Shown here: positions 1-9,997 of the stretch, in pieces
How the letters are laid out: each line of letters begins with the position of its first letter
How positions within the stretch are numbered: the first letter of the stretch is position 1
Source of the DNA: a virus
Direction: 5' to 3' (one strand)
Length of the DNA stretch: 64,000 nucleotides
Virus record (IMG/VR): IMGVR_UViG_3300029286_000024
Coordinates: 1-64,000 of that record
Notes under the pieces: model-generated
Database searches by the model: none
Told to the model about the DNA's origin: nothing
What the model saw: the letters and a program-made list of their open reading frames with translations, nothing else
Program-made: the position numbers and the translations under genes

Positions 1-750
1 TCATAACTACTCGAACTAGAACTGGAACTAGACATAGAAGAACTTGAACTGCTTGAATCTACACTGCTGGAAGAACTTTCACTACTTATAGAAGAACTAC
101 TTGAAGAACTTTCGCTTGAAACCGAAGAGCTACTTGAGCTTTCACTACTTACAGAAGAACTAGAAGAACTACTTTCAGAACTTAAACTGCTAGAACTAGA
201 ACTAGAACTAGATTCGCTACTCATTGAAGAACTGCTGGAACTACTAGAACTGCTTCCGGAACTTGAAGAACTTGAACTTTCACTAGAATAAGAACTTGAA
301 GAAGAAGAACTGCTGGAACTGGAAGAACTGGATTCGCTTGAATACGAACTTGAAGAACTTGAACTTTCACTAGAATAAGAACTTGAAGAACTAGAACTGC
401 TGGAACTAGAAGAACTGGATTCACTTGAATACGAACTTGAAGAACTAGAAGAACTAGAACTACTAGAGCTACTAGAATTACTTGAGCTAGAAGAACTTGA
501 AGAACTAGAGCTTGAAACGCTTGAGCTACTTGAACTACTAGAACTTGAAACACTTGAACTACTTGAGCTACTTGAACTAGAACTACTGGAACTACTAGAA
601 CTGCTTGAACTGCTTGATGAACTAGAACTACTGGAACTACTTACAGACGAACTACTACTGGAACTACTAGAACTGCTTCTGATTTCTGTTGAACTACTAG
701 AACTGCTTGAACTACTTGATTCACTCGAACTAGAAGATGAACTAACCCAC
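1..750. repeat. Low-complexity Ser-codon repeat (gaacta/gaactt/gaagaa units on +)
   Basis: Directly visible; encodes poly-Ser on the minus strand, punctuated by motifs such as STEIRSS. Confidence 0.95.
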
Positions 751-2780
751 ATTTCTGATTCTTCCTCTATAGATAATTTTCTAATAGCTATTTCAGAAGG
801 CGGCAATAAATCTAGAACGGCAATGTTGCTATTTAAACCTTCATTAGTTGCCAAATCTACATCGGATAACTGGAGCTTGATGTAGGCTTCTGATAAAGAA
901 AGATTGCTTGCCAAATAGGATGAAGCGTTCCATATAAGATGATTTCTCCCCGGCATTACGCTAAGCCCAACATCTCCGATAACAAAACTTGAACTGACAT
1001 TAGACCACGAGTTCCCACTGTCTTGCGATACCATCAATTCTATTTGTGAGTTGTTGATTTCAGATTTCCCAAAGTAATCATAATAGGTATCCACTAATCC
1101 TGTCCCATCCTGTCTTTGGAAAACATTAACAATAGTCAATCCCAACATGGTTTCATTAGCCGGTATAAACTCTTCAGCATAGAATGTATTGACAAATTTA
1201 TTTTCATCTTCAATATCAATACGTGCAAAAATGACATCCCCCATATCTTCACTCGAACTTTCACTTGAAACTAGATCGCTTAAGTCGAAAACATAACTTC
1301 TAGTAGTTCCCCATTCATCAACGGCTTCCATGTAATCCAAACTGTTTTTCCGCCATATGGAATAACGAATTCTTTTTATTGTATCCGCACCAAATACCAC
1401 ATCAAAAGAAACTCTTACCGAATTAACATTTAAAGTTAAAGGATTGTTATTAATATCCGTAATCAACACCTCATCAATCCCCACCGTGCCTCTAGATATG
1501 GGTACTGAAAAGGCTAGGGAACTGGTAACGTTTTTGGGAACATCGGCTCCTATACATTCCAATACATAGGGGTTAAAAAGAATTCCATCAACCCCAAAAT
1601 CTCTTTGTATCTTTCCATCTTTATCAATTAAAATAGATCGGGCCGGATCTCTCAAATATTGCAGGGATTGATTGTTGTTGGAAAAAAGAGATTCTATTTC
1701 AGAAACAAAATTATAGTGTTTATAAGTTGCCATAATCCCGAATAGCCGATCTCTAACAATCTCAACAATATCAGGATAACGTTGTCCGTAAGTAACCGCT
1801 TTCTTTATGAACATACTAGTGGCAAGGGTTTCTTCTCCACCAAATCCTATAATTTTAGAAGGATAATAATCGGCAGTAACTACAGGATGTTGAGAGGCAA
1901 ATAAAACCGCAATTTGATCGGCAACAATAGCTCTTTTTTGATCGTCGGTAACAGAATTTTGATTAGTATTCTTGAAATCATCAAATATTGTATGAGAAAA
2001 TATTTGTTCGAGCGTATCGGTATTGGTAATAGGACTCTTTAAAATTTCAACTGGGGAGGGAACATTAACTAATTCATTGGCACCAGAATAAGTTAACAAT
2101 TGCAATAGAGCTTGATTCTTCTGAAGATAATTGGCCGATATGGGTTTTCTAAATTCGGCATCTTGGTAATAACTATTTTCAACATCAATCCGAATAACGA
2201 ACAATCCAAAAAGTCCAAAGCTGGAAAAAGCTTCGTTATATTGCTCTGGTATTTGCCACTTAAAATAACGAGACGAGTCATCTTGCTCAACTGTAAAATT
2301 TGAGAAAGTATATAGCGGCAAATAGGTTCCCTTAACAACGTCTAAAACAGACAAGGTTAAATTGGTTTTGCAATAAATCCAACTACCATCAACATATCCT
2401 GCCCCTTCGCCTTGAGGAGCAATATAAAACGACAAATTCTGTCCCGAAAAACAAAAGGCGTTACCAATGGCTCTGGATTGCTTGGTGGGATGATGTGTTT
2501 CTTTAAATCCCCACAACGGTTTAGCTTCTGGAAGAAAATCCCTAAGTCGATTAGGGTTCATCCAATCTTTGTTAATAAAGCCATTGCCGCCCAGTTCGTT
2601 CAAATTCAATATGTCTACAGTTAACGAAACAATAGTTGTACTACCGCCATTATCCATGAGATAGGGATAAAAAAGGTTAGCAAAAGGAGTTATTTCAAGA
2701 TCATTGATTTTTCCAGAAAGAAAATCATTGATGTTGCTTTGGGCTCTTGTTAGGCTTATATTTTCTGACGAGTATGACAT
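1..2780 (-). CDS. Large protein with C-terminal poly-serine tracts (partial, runs off the window); probable virion/surface protein
   Basis: ATG at 2780 (MSYSSENISLTRAQ...). The start is in the same frame as the TCT/AGT/TCA Ser tract at 1-750, and no stop was met in the parts I translated. It is absent from the ORF track, consistent with the stop lying outside the window. An AAGG-N19-GAA motif lies upstream (2833-2858). Confidence 0.8.
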   Translation of the reverse strand, partial: MSYSSENISLTRAQSNINDFLSGKINDLEITPFANLFYPYLMDNGGSTTIVSLTVDILNLNELGGNGFINKDWMNPNRLRDFLPEAKPLWGFKETHHPTKQSRAIGNAFCFSGQNLSFYIAPQGEGAGYVDGSWIYCKTNLTLSVLDVVKGTYLPLYTFSNFTVEQDDSSRYFKWQIPEQYNEAFSSFGLFGLFVIRIDVENSYYQDAEFRKPISANYLQKNQALLQLLTYSGANELVNVPSPVEILKSPITNTDTLEQIFSHTIFDDFKNTNQNSVTDDQKRAIVADQIAVLFASQHPVVTADYYPSKIIGFGGEETLATSMFIKKAVTYGQRYPDIVEIVRDRLFGIMATYKHYNFVSEIESLFSNNNQSLQYLRDPARSILIDKDGKIQRDFGVDGILFNPYVLECIGADVPKNVTSSLAFSVPISRGTVGIDEVLITDINNNPLTLNVNSVRVSFDVVFGADTIKRIRYSIWRKNSLDYMEAVDEWGTTRSYVFDLSDLVSSESSSEDMGDVIFARIDIEDENKFVNTFYAEEFIPANETMLGLTIVNVFQRQDGTGLVDTYYDYFGKSEINNSQIELMVSQDSGNSWSNVSSSFVIGDVGLSVMPGRNHLIWNASSYLASNLSLSEAYIKLQLSDVDLATNEGLNSNIAVLDLLPPSEIAIRKLSIEEESEMWVSSSSSSSESSSSSSSSSSTEIRSSSSSSSSSSSVSSSSSSSSSSSSSSSSSSSSSSSSSSSSSSVSSSSSSSSSSVSSSSSSSSSSSSNSSSSSSSSSSSSSSSYSSESSSSSSSSSSSSSSYSSESSSSSSSYSSESSSSSSSSSSSSSSYSSESSSSSSSGSSSSSSSSSSMSSESSSSSSSSSLSSESSSSSSSVSSESSSSSSVSSESSSSSSSISSESSSSSVDSSSSSSSMSSSSSSSSSY

Positions 2781-2832
2781 TTCTAATCCATGAACATTAT
2801 ACACTAAGGGGAATATGGATCACATACATTTA

Positions 2833-2891
2833 TTCATTTTTTTAGGCTTGGTTCCCTTTGTTCTAAAGGACTTTTTAATACCTATGTAGAA
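2833..2891. promoter_or_regulatory. Back-to-back pair of AAGG-N19-GAA promoter-like motifs (minus 2833-2858, plus 2866-2891)
   Basis: Same spacing as copies at 5941-5966(-), 5979-6004(+), 13941-13966(+), 17294-17319(-) and 27318-27343(-). Confidence 0.7.
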
Positions 2892-2915
2892 TTATTAATA
2901 AACTTTAGGAGATCT

Positions 2916-3980
2916 ATGACGGAGAAAAAAATATTCACCCCGGAAGAATTGTCGGTAATAGATAGCAAGCTAAGATTTATTGTATTTGACTGGGCGACTC
3001 ATCTTATTGGACACATTATGGGACAAGCCAAGCAAAAAGGAGTAACCAAACTATATTGGAACACCCCCGATACTCTTGAATCCGGAGCAACCCAAGATGA
3101 AAAAGTTGATTATTTTTATGAGCGTCTTCCTCCCAGACTTGGTTTTAAGGAATCTTCAGCTAATCTTCGGGGAAAAGGAGAAGAAAGATTATGGCTTTTG
3201 AATTTAGCCAGTGTCCAAGCCTCTTATTTTTCTGACTTGTTTAAAGTTGCCGCAAAAACATTTACAATCAACGAAATACCAAAAAAATACCAAGGAGCAT
3301 TTCTTTCTTTGATCGGTAAAAAACCATTTTATACAGAAGAAGATATAAAGAAAGTTATTGACACGGTTGGGAAAAAACAACAGAAGAAACAACCATCTGC
3401 CAGATTCTTCTACGATTGGAGTAGGGAATGGAGTGGCGCACAAAGGTTTCGTGATGATGTATCGGAAATGGTTGTTCTACAAAAAATAACTAGCGATATT
3501 CAAAGCATGGTGTTACAAGAACCTGCTTTAAAAAAATTCTGGGCCTACCTCCTATCTCAGTCCGGACATTTTGGACCTGATGTTTTAGGGTTTGCTTTAG
3601 TTAGCCCTGTCAATACGGATATATGGCTTATCAATGAAATTCAAACGGACTGCCTTAATAGTTATCTTAAAATTAGAAATGAGGTTCAGGGTTATAAGGG
3701 CGAAGTAAGCGAAAGTAAAGGGATATCGTGGGAAACCATAGTAGATATGCTTAGGGCTAACAACAGAAATAATTGGGTTCCTAAACTTGAGAACAACGAA
3801 ACCATGAAACAGCAATTGATGCAAAACCCAAACATGATACACTCTCTTCCTGATGATGCGGTAGATATTGACAAGTGGATTGAGGAACAAAGGGCTCAAG
3901 GTGCTGGACATGCCGGACTAGATTTAATGAGACATTTCCAATCTGTTGACATGAACGGAAGAGTTATTCGAGTTTATTAA
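2916..3980 (+). CDS. Hypothetical protein with an LINEIQTD motif reminiscent of phage internal-virion/polyvalent-protein domains
   Basis: 354-aa ORF, SD AGGAG; motifs GHF...LGFALVS...WLINEIQTD and GVTKLYWNTP...YFYERLP. Confidence 0.55.
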   Translation: MTEKKIFTPEELSVIDSKLRFIVFDWATHLIGHIMGQAKQKGVTKLYWNTPDTLESGATQDEKVDYFYERLPPRLGFKESSANLRGKGEERLWLLNLASVQASYFSDLFKVAAKTFTINEIPKKYQGAFLSLIGKKPFYTEEDIKKVIDTVGKKQQKKQPSARFFYDWSREWSGAQRFRDDVSEMVVLQKITSDIQSMVLQEPALKKFWAYLLSQSGHFGPDVLGFALVSPVNTDIWLINEIQTDCLNSYLKIRNEVQGYKGEVSESKGISWETIVDMLRANNRNNWVPKLENNETMKQQLMQNPNMIHSLPDDAVDIDKWIEEQRAQGAGHAGLDLMRHFQSVDMNGRVIRVY

Positions 3981-3998
3981 TAGTTGTATAATTATGAC

Positions 3999-5519
3999 AT
4001 GTATAAGTTCATAAAACATATCGCTGTAACATCTACTATCCTAACTACATTATGTTTGGGAACTGTTTTAGCTGGGGACGGATCTGATGAACCCGGATTT
4101 GTGGCTCCTCCGTCTAAGCCTACATTGCCCCCACCACCCCCACGCTCAATATCTTCATCTGAAAACATGATGGCTTGTTGTTGTTGTCCAGTAACCCCCA
4201 TGTCAAGAAGTGAAGCAAAGAAACCTCCATTACCTCCTGTCATGTTTACAAAAATAAAAACCGATAAGGAAAATGAATGGGATGCTACACCCAACGATGT
4301 AAACAACTTGTTAAAAAACGTAAAAGACATTATCGGCACTAGTTATATCATGGAAATTAAAACGCTATCAGAAATAAGCCCCGATCCAGAACAAAATCCA
4401 ATCTTGTATCGTTCGGGACATTATCATTTTGAATTTACGCCTGATGACCGTGAAAAACTTCGAAAATTTATGTTAGATGGAGGCATGCTTATTTTCAATA
4501 CAGGACTTGGATCAAAACCTTTCTATGATTCTGCCAAAAAGGAATTAGAAATGATTTTCCCAGAAGTGCATCTACAGCGGTTAAGTTCAGATCATCCCAT
4601 ATTCCATTCTTATTATGATTTAGACCGGGTTAAATATCGTTCCGGTGTTTATAAGGGTTTCTTTGGCTACAAGGGAAACGAGCCATGGTTTGATGGCATT
4701 ACGATAGATTGTAGAACAGTAGCGGTTATTTCTAGATGGGGAATGGCGGTAGGTTGGTCAGATATAGAAAATGACAACTATCAAGCCTATCAATCCGATG
4801 ACGCCAAAAAACTAGGTGTTAATCTTTTCTCGTATGCCGTGTCAGAACGAGCATGGTCTAAGAATATGGCTTCAAAGATAAAGCTTGTAGATGGAGATAC
4901 GACTACAGGTAACAAGATAAATATTGCACAAATCATTTACGATGGGGAATGGAAAACAAGACATGCTGCTTTACCCATACTATTACAAACCTTTAATCTA
5001 AAAACAGAAGTTCCAGTTAAATACGGACTTAAAGAGATTCGTTTGTCCGACGAGAACCTTTTTTCCGAACCCATTATTTACATTACAGGCCATGAAGATT
5101 TCAGGTTAAAAAAAGATGAAGCTATACGTCTTCGGCAATATGTAATTAACGGTGGCTTTGTTTTTGCCGAATCTTGTTGTGGGAGAAAAGGATTTGATAT
5201 GGCATTTCGTTTACAAATGCAGGCCATTTTTCCAGAGCATCCATTAAACGCTATACCAGAAAATAATCAAATATTTAATCTGCCGAACAAAGTTATTCAA
5301 TGCGGGATTACTCCGTTATTAGGAAGCCAAATGGGGTCTCCGACTATAAAGCCTGTTTTAGAAGGGATAGAAATTGAAGGACACTATGGCGTTATTTATA
5401 GTCATTACGGAATGGCGGGAGGATGGGAAATGTCGCAAAATCCTTATTCGCTAGGCTATGCGGGAACCGATGCTATTCTTCTTGGACAAAACGTTTTGAT
5501 GTATGCTGTAACACAATGA
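3999..5519 (+). CDS. Secreted protein with two DUF4159 domains
   Basis: N-terminal signal peptide (…LCLGTVLA), Pro-rich linker, then two repeats with DUF4159-type motifs (YRSGHYHF…LRKFMLDGGML…HPIFHSYY; YITGHEDF…LRQYVINGGFVFAESCCG). Start placed at ATG 3999, 6 nt after TATAAT. Confidence 0.8.
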   Translation: MYKFIKHIAVTSTILTTLCLGTVLAGDGSDEPGFVAPPSKPTLPPPPPRSISSSENMMACCCCPVTPMSRSEAKKPPLPPVMFTKIKTDKENEWDATPNDVNNLLKNVKDIIGTSYIMEIKTLSEISPDPEQNPILYRSGHYHFEFTPDDREKLRKFMLDGGMLIFNTGLGSKPFYDSAKKELEMIFPEVHLQRLSSDHPIFHSYYDLDRVKYRSGVYKGFFGYKGNEPWFDGITIDCRTVAVISRWGMAVGWSDIENDNYQAYQSDDAKKLGVNLFSYAVSERAWSKNMASKIKLVDGDTTTGNKINIAQIIYDGEWKTRHAALPILLQTFNLKTEVPVKYGLKEIRLSDENLFSEPIIYITGHEDFRLKKDEAIRLRQYVINGGFVFAESCCGRKGFDMAFRLQMQAIFPEHPLNAIPENNQIFNLPNKVIQCGITPLLGSQMGSPTIKPVLEGIEIEGHYGVIYSHYGMAGGWEMSQNPYSLGYAGTDAILLGQNVLMYAVTQ

Positions 5520-5520
5520 A

Positions 5521-5931
5521 TTAGACTGCTTTTGCCATCTCAGGCCTTTCAAGTTCATTTCCACGTTCTACCATTTCTTCACGGATATTTTTAACATAGG
5601 GCAATTCCAAGAGATTCATAAGTTCAATTCTGTCTGTTTGTGGCATATGTTTTTTAAAATCGTGCCAAGAAATCCATGTTTGAAAAAATTCTTCTTTGGT
5701 AGGTAGTCTTCCCAAAATGTCGGTAAGACCACGGATGATATCGCTAAGATACCTGAAATCTCTTATTTCTTCTGGTGACGATACCCCGACAGAGTTAATC
5801 CCTACCATTTTCCCTAATTCCCTATGATAAACCATCCACTGATGAAAATCGGTTTTCTTAATTACCTGAGACGGAGACATTGCTAGCCGGTAAAACCTCT
5901 CTGCCACCTTATAAAGATAATACCAGTTCAT
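5521..5931 (-). CDS. Hypothetical protein with N-terminal NWY..YKVA / FYRLA tag
   Basis: 136-aa ORF; AAGG-N19-GAA motif directly upstream (5941-5966). Confidence 0.7.
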   Translation of the reverse strand: MNWYYLYKVAERFYRLAMSPSQVIKKTDFHQWMVYHRELGKMVGINSVGVSSPEEIRDFRYLSDIIRGLTDILGRLPTKEEFFQTWISWHDFKKHMPQTDRIELMNLLELPYVKNIREEMVERGNELERPEMAKAV

Positions 5932-5940
5932 TTACTATTT

Positions 5941-6004
5941 TTCTCAAATAATCGCTTAAATACCTTTGCCACGTTTAGAAGGGAAAAGCAGTAAACAAAG
6001 AGAA
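5941..6004. promoter_or_regulatory. Divergent pair of AAGG-N19-GAA motifs
   Basis: Minus copy 5941-5966 and plus copy 5979-6004, both with exact 19-nt spacing. Confidence 0.7.
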
Positions 6005-6030
6005 ATATTTACATTAAGAAGGAGAAAAAT

Positions 6031-6384
6031 ATGAAGATATATAAAGTAACCAATCAGTTAGGAGAATTTGAAGATGAAGGCAGAGACCCACTTGAAAACA
6101 CAGAAGAACTTCAGCAATTTGAGGGTCAAAAAGAATTAAGCGACATAGAAAGAGGGAAAAGTGGAAATACGCATACTAGTGAAGTTATTTCGGATATAAC
6201 CCCATCTTTTCAAGAAAGATTGGGAACTTATTGGATTGCTGACGGATCTGTGGGGTGGTTTAGATATAAGGATGGTGTAGTATATGAGATTCAAGTAAAA
6301 CCAATAGGATTAGGTAATTACGAAAATCTATATTTACAATCCAAGCAGGGGCAACAGGAACCGCCAGAAGAATTACCTGTATAA
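6031..6384 (+). CDS. Hypothetical protein, MKIYKVT tag
   Basis: 117-aa ORF with strong SD AAGGAG. Confidence 0.75.
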   Translation: MKIYKVTNQLGEFEDEGRDPLENTEELQQFEGQKELSDIERGKSGNTHTSEVISDITPSFQERLGTYWIADGSVGWFRYKDGVVYEIQVKPIGLGNYENLYLQSKQGQQEPPEELPV

Positions 6385-6396
6385 TTTTCGATTTTT

Positions 6397-9126
6397 ATGC
6401 AATTTTATCGAACATCTGAGGTTGATAAGGCAAAAACATTGCGGGACTATACTGCCTGTGTAACAAACTTCTACGCCGAAAATAAAGCTGAATGTATTGA
6501 GGAATTTTTAAATAAAATTCAAACGGAAGAGGGAATTAGTGCTTTAGCTGAATCCTCTCACGAAAACCTTAGTGCCGTCTTTTTCGTAATTAGCGATATA
6601 CTTAGAAAATATCTCTATAATGCAAGGGGATTGGTCAGCGAAAATGATGTCCGAAAAATAATTAACTACTCTATTTTTACAGGTGATCTTTTTAGGTTTG
6701 CTAACAGAGACTATCTTATCAAATTATTTTGGTCATTTGATTTGCCAAAAGACGTAGCCTATAAACTATATGAACTTATGACCAAAGAAAAGAAGCTAAC
6801 ACATTCTAGTTATTGCGAGTACATTCTTACCAATTCTAGTTTTCCACAAGAATTATTAATTGACGCTTTGAAATATGGCAAAGCTCCAATTGCCGGATGG
6901 GCCTCTGAAAACGAAAATATGCCTCTTGATTCTCTTTTAAAATGGAAAATTGATACTGGACAAATAGCAACCGAAGATCCTACTAAACACATAATAGAAG
7001 AAATGCCAGAACCCAAAGAAGATGAAGATTTTAGAAAATTGAAAGAACTGGTAGGAAAAAATTTCAAAATGTATAGAGCGGCGAAAGAAAAATTCTATTC
7101 AATAAACCTTGCGCAAGGTACTAAAGATCCCCAAATACTAACAGAAATATTGAGAAACAGAAATGTAAATTCACGTTCGTATGCTTCTCTATACGACAAT
7201 TATGTTGCTCAAATTGCAGCAAGAAACCCAAATTGTCCACCTGAAATATTAGAAGAAATATTGAGAAAAGGGGGGAATGATTTAGTTTCTCAGTTCGCAG
7301 CAAAAAATCCAAATTGCCCTATAGACGCTAGGATACAATGGATGAGAGATACCGGACAAATAGCAACCGAAGATCCCACTAAACACAAAATAGAAATGGT
7401 TAATAAGCCAGAAACAAACACCGACTTAAACGAATTAAGAAATCTTATTGGTCGCAATTCGTCTCCAATAAAGAAAACTTCCAAATTAACACATCCAAAC
7501 ATACTGGGAGAAGACTGTTTGAACGATCCAAAATGTATTAATGATTTTCTGGAAATACTGAAAGACCCGGTAAAAACAAAAAAACTAGAAGATTCTATTC
7601 CGAAAGAATGGGGACACTCATATAATGTAAGACTATTTTTGGGAGACATATGCCGAAAACCCAATATTATAAACGATAATACCGTAAGAACCATAATTGA
7701 TTTTGCTATAAGAACCGGAGATTTATTTCTTTATAGTTCTATGTCTAAAGTCTCTTACCTAAGATATCTTTTTATAGGTGTCCCAAATATGCCAAGAGAT
7801 GTATTTTTTAAACTTTATAAATTGATAGAGCAAAGAAAAATAGTAAGTAGCGACCACATAGCTGACATTCTTACCAATCCGTCCTGCCCAATAGAAATTT
7901 TAGAAAAAGTCCTGTTTTCGTATGATTTCCCAGAGTATTATGGCGAATGGGCAAGTGAAAATCCAAGCCTTCCGGTTGAACTAAAAGTAAAATTTATGCG
8001 TGAAAAAGGTTTGATAGCGACGGAAAATCCATTGCGCCACAAAATAGAAGAAATGCCAGAACCCAAAGAAGACGAAGATTTTAGAAAATTGAAAGAACTG
8101 GTAGGAAAAAATTTCAAAATGTATAGGGTTGCAGAAGATTGGCATACGGAAGAAGAAGAAGCAAAATACACTAAAGATCCCAAAATATTAGTAGACATTT
8201 TGAGAAGAGGAATAGACGATTTTGTTTCTCAACGTGCGGCACAAAATATAAATTGTCCACCTGAAATGTTAATGGAGATTTTGAGAAGGGGAAAAAATGA
8301 TAATGTTTCTGGAAATGCAGCAAAAAATCCAAATTGTCCTATAGAAATGTTAGTAGAAGTATTAAGGAGAGGGAAAAACGATTATGTTTCTCACTCTGCG
8401 GCGCAAAATCCAAATTGTCCACCAGAAATGTTAGTAGAAGTATTAAGGAGAGGAAACGATGATTGGATGTCTGACTGTATATCAAAAAACCCAAATTGCC
8501 CTATAGATGTAAAAATACAGTGGATGAAAGATAGTGGAAAAATAGCAACCGAAGATCCAAATAAACACAAAATAGAAGAAGTCCCAGAACAAAAAGATGA
8601 AGATTTAATTCGATTAAAAGAACTGGTAGGAAGAAATTTCAAAATGTATAGAGTGGCCTATATAGATGACAAGAGTATTCCTCGTAGCGTAATTTTGAAA
8701 ATGGTTTCATTGGCAGAATCCGAAAATTGTCCACCTGAAACCTTGATAAAAATATTGAAGCAAATATTAAATAGACCCAAAAACGATGAATTTTCTTGGT
8801 GGGCAGCAGCAAACCCCAATTGCCCACCTGAATATTTAGAAAGAATATTGAATAGAGGAGTATGGAATAGCGTCATTACTTGGAGAGCAGCGTCTAATCC
8901 AAATTGCCCCCCAGAAGCTCTAGCAAAGATTCTAAGTCGTGGAGAGGGAAATATTGTTTCTCAATATGCGGCAAAAAATCCAAATTGCCCTGTAGACGCT
9001 AAAATACAGTGGATGAGAGATCGAGGCGATATAGAAATCGAAGATCCATCCAAACACATCATAGAAAAAATACCAGAACAAAAAGATGATAGTTTCGAAC
9101 AGTTGCAAGGACTTATTAAGGAGTAA
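6397..9126 (+). CDS. Modular LRV/HEAT-like repeat protein (AAxNPNCPxExL repeats), five modules
   Basis: 909 aa; repeated AAKNPNCPPEML units. Each module ends in W..D.G.IATEDP.KH.IE, and three internal modules restart with FKMYR[AV]A. Confidence 0.8.
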   Translation: MQFYRTSEVDKAKTLRDYTACVTNFYAENKAECIEEFLNKIQTEEGISALAESSHENLSAVFFVISDILRKYLYNARGLVSENDVRKIINYSIFTGDLFRFANRDYLIKLFWSFDLPKDVAYKLYELMTKEKKLTHSSYCEYILTNSSFPQELLIDALKYGKAPIAGWASENENMPLDSLLKWKIDTGQIATEDPTKHIIEEMPEPKEDEDFRKLKELVGKNFKMYRAAKEKFYSINLAQGTKDPQILTEILRNRNVNSRSYASLYDNYVAQIAARNPNCPPEILEEILRKGGNDLVSQFAAKNPNCPIDARIQWMRDTGQIATEDPTKHKIEMVNKPETNTDLNELRNLIGRNSSPIKKTSKLTHPNILGEDCLNDPKCINDFLEILKDPVKTKKLEDSIPKEWGHSYNVRLFLGDICRKPNIINDNTVRTIIDFAIRTGDLFLYSSMSKVSYLRYLFIGVPNMPRDVFFKLYKLIEQRKIVSSDHIADILTNPSCPIEILEKVLFSYDFPEYYGEWASENPSLPVELKVKFMREKGLIATENPLRHKIEEMPEPKEDEDFRKLKELVGKNFKMYRVAEDWHTEEEEAKYTKDPKILVDILRRGIDDFVSQRAAQNINCPPEMLMEILRRGKNDNVSGNAAKNPNCPIEMLVEVLRRGKNDYVSHSAAQNPNCPPEMLVEVLRRGNDDWMSDCISKNPNCPIDVKIQWMKDSGKIATEDPNKHKIEEVPEQKDEDLIRLKELVGRNFKMYRVAYIDDKSIPRSVILKMVSLAESENCPPETLIKILKQILNRPKNDEFSWWAAANPNCPPEYLERILNRGVWNSVITWRAASNPNCPPEALAKILSRGEGNIVSQYAAKNPNCPVDAKIQWMRDRGDIEIEDPSKHIIEKIPEQKDDSFEQLQGLIKE

Positions 9127-9127
9127 T

Positions 9128-9514
9128 ATGCCAGAATCAAAAATGATGGAAGCCTTTATCCAACAAACTTATGGCTCAATAGAAAAAATGAAAGAAGCCA
9201 TGACCAAAGCCGACCTTAATCCAAGAAGTAACGAACACCTAGAAAAAGAATTAAACGATAAATTACAAAAAGAAATAATATCAACACATTTTATGAACAC
9301 CCCAATTAAAGAATCTATGCCCATTCCATCTAAACTTAAAGATTCAGAATTAAACCAGAAAACAGAGGGCCATCCCAATTTTAAAAATTACGACCATTCA
9401 CTTGAAACCGAAAGAAAAATAGGGCTTATCTATTTAGCAGAACCAACAAAAGAAGATTCCATGTCTGAAGATTTGGAAGTTGGTAGCGTAAGCGAAATGA
9501 TGGGCGAAAAATGA
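9128..9514 (+). CDS. Hypothetical protein
   Basis: Start corrected to ATG 9128 after SD AAGGAG (MPESKMM…). Confidence 0.65.
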   Translation: MPESKMMEAFIQQTYGSIEKMKEAMTKADLNPRSNEHLEKELNDKLQKEIISTHFMNTPIKESMPIPSKLKDSELNQKTEGHPNFKNYDHSLETERKIGLIYLAEPTKEDSMSEDLEVGSVSEMMGEK

Positions 9515-9981
9515 AAATATATAGAATAGCCGTTAAACCTAGATATTATGGAACCCCCGATCTTAACGATCCTGTTCCCCACGATTTTGAGCCTTCCCAT
9601 AGCTACGAAGAAGAATTACGCCCCAAACGTAAAATGATGAAAGCCTTTGAACAAGCCGCCCAAGATATTGCTGCTAAACATATGGGAGAGTTTCAAGGAG
9701 ATTTTACCAGATTCAGAATAGCGTTTGTCAAAGAGGCTAATGGAGGATTAGCTCAATATGCTGGCGGAACATATAATATGCCCGTTATCCTAATCAATCT
9801 CCGTCTTTGTGCCGAAACACAAAAAGAACTTAAAGATGACTTTTCTATGTATCAAGTCGCTATAACAACCTTAATGCATGAATTGAGACACGCCCACCAA
9901 GAACAAGAAGGCATGAACGAAAGTATGGAATCACAAGAGCTTGAAGATGATGCGGAATCTTTCGGAATGAGATTCATCTAA
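9511..9981 (+). CDS. HEXXH zincin-like metallopeptidase domain protein, MKIYRIA tag
   Basis: LMHELRHAHQ…E motif; ATGA overlap with the upstream gene. Confidence 0.7.
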   Translation: MKIYRIAVKPRYYGTPDLNDPVPHDFEPSHSYEEELRPKRKMMKAFEQAAQDIAAKHMGEFQGDFTRFRIAFVKEANGGLAQYAGGTYNMPVILINLRLCAETQKELKDDFSMYQVAITTLMHELRHAHQEQEGMNESMESQELEDDAESFGMRFI

Positions 9982-9997
9982 CTGTATAATATCTTCG

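Noticed and set aside
221-553. Leu/Val/Glu-rich ORFs (221-553, 15565-15849, 16500-16682)
   Set aside because: They are alternative-frame or antisense shadows of poly-Ser codon repeats.
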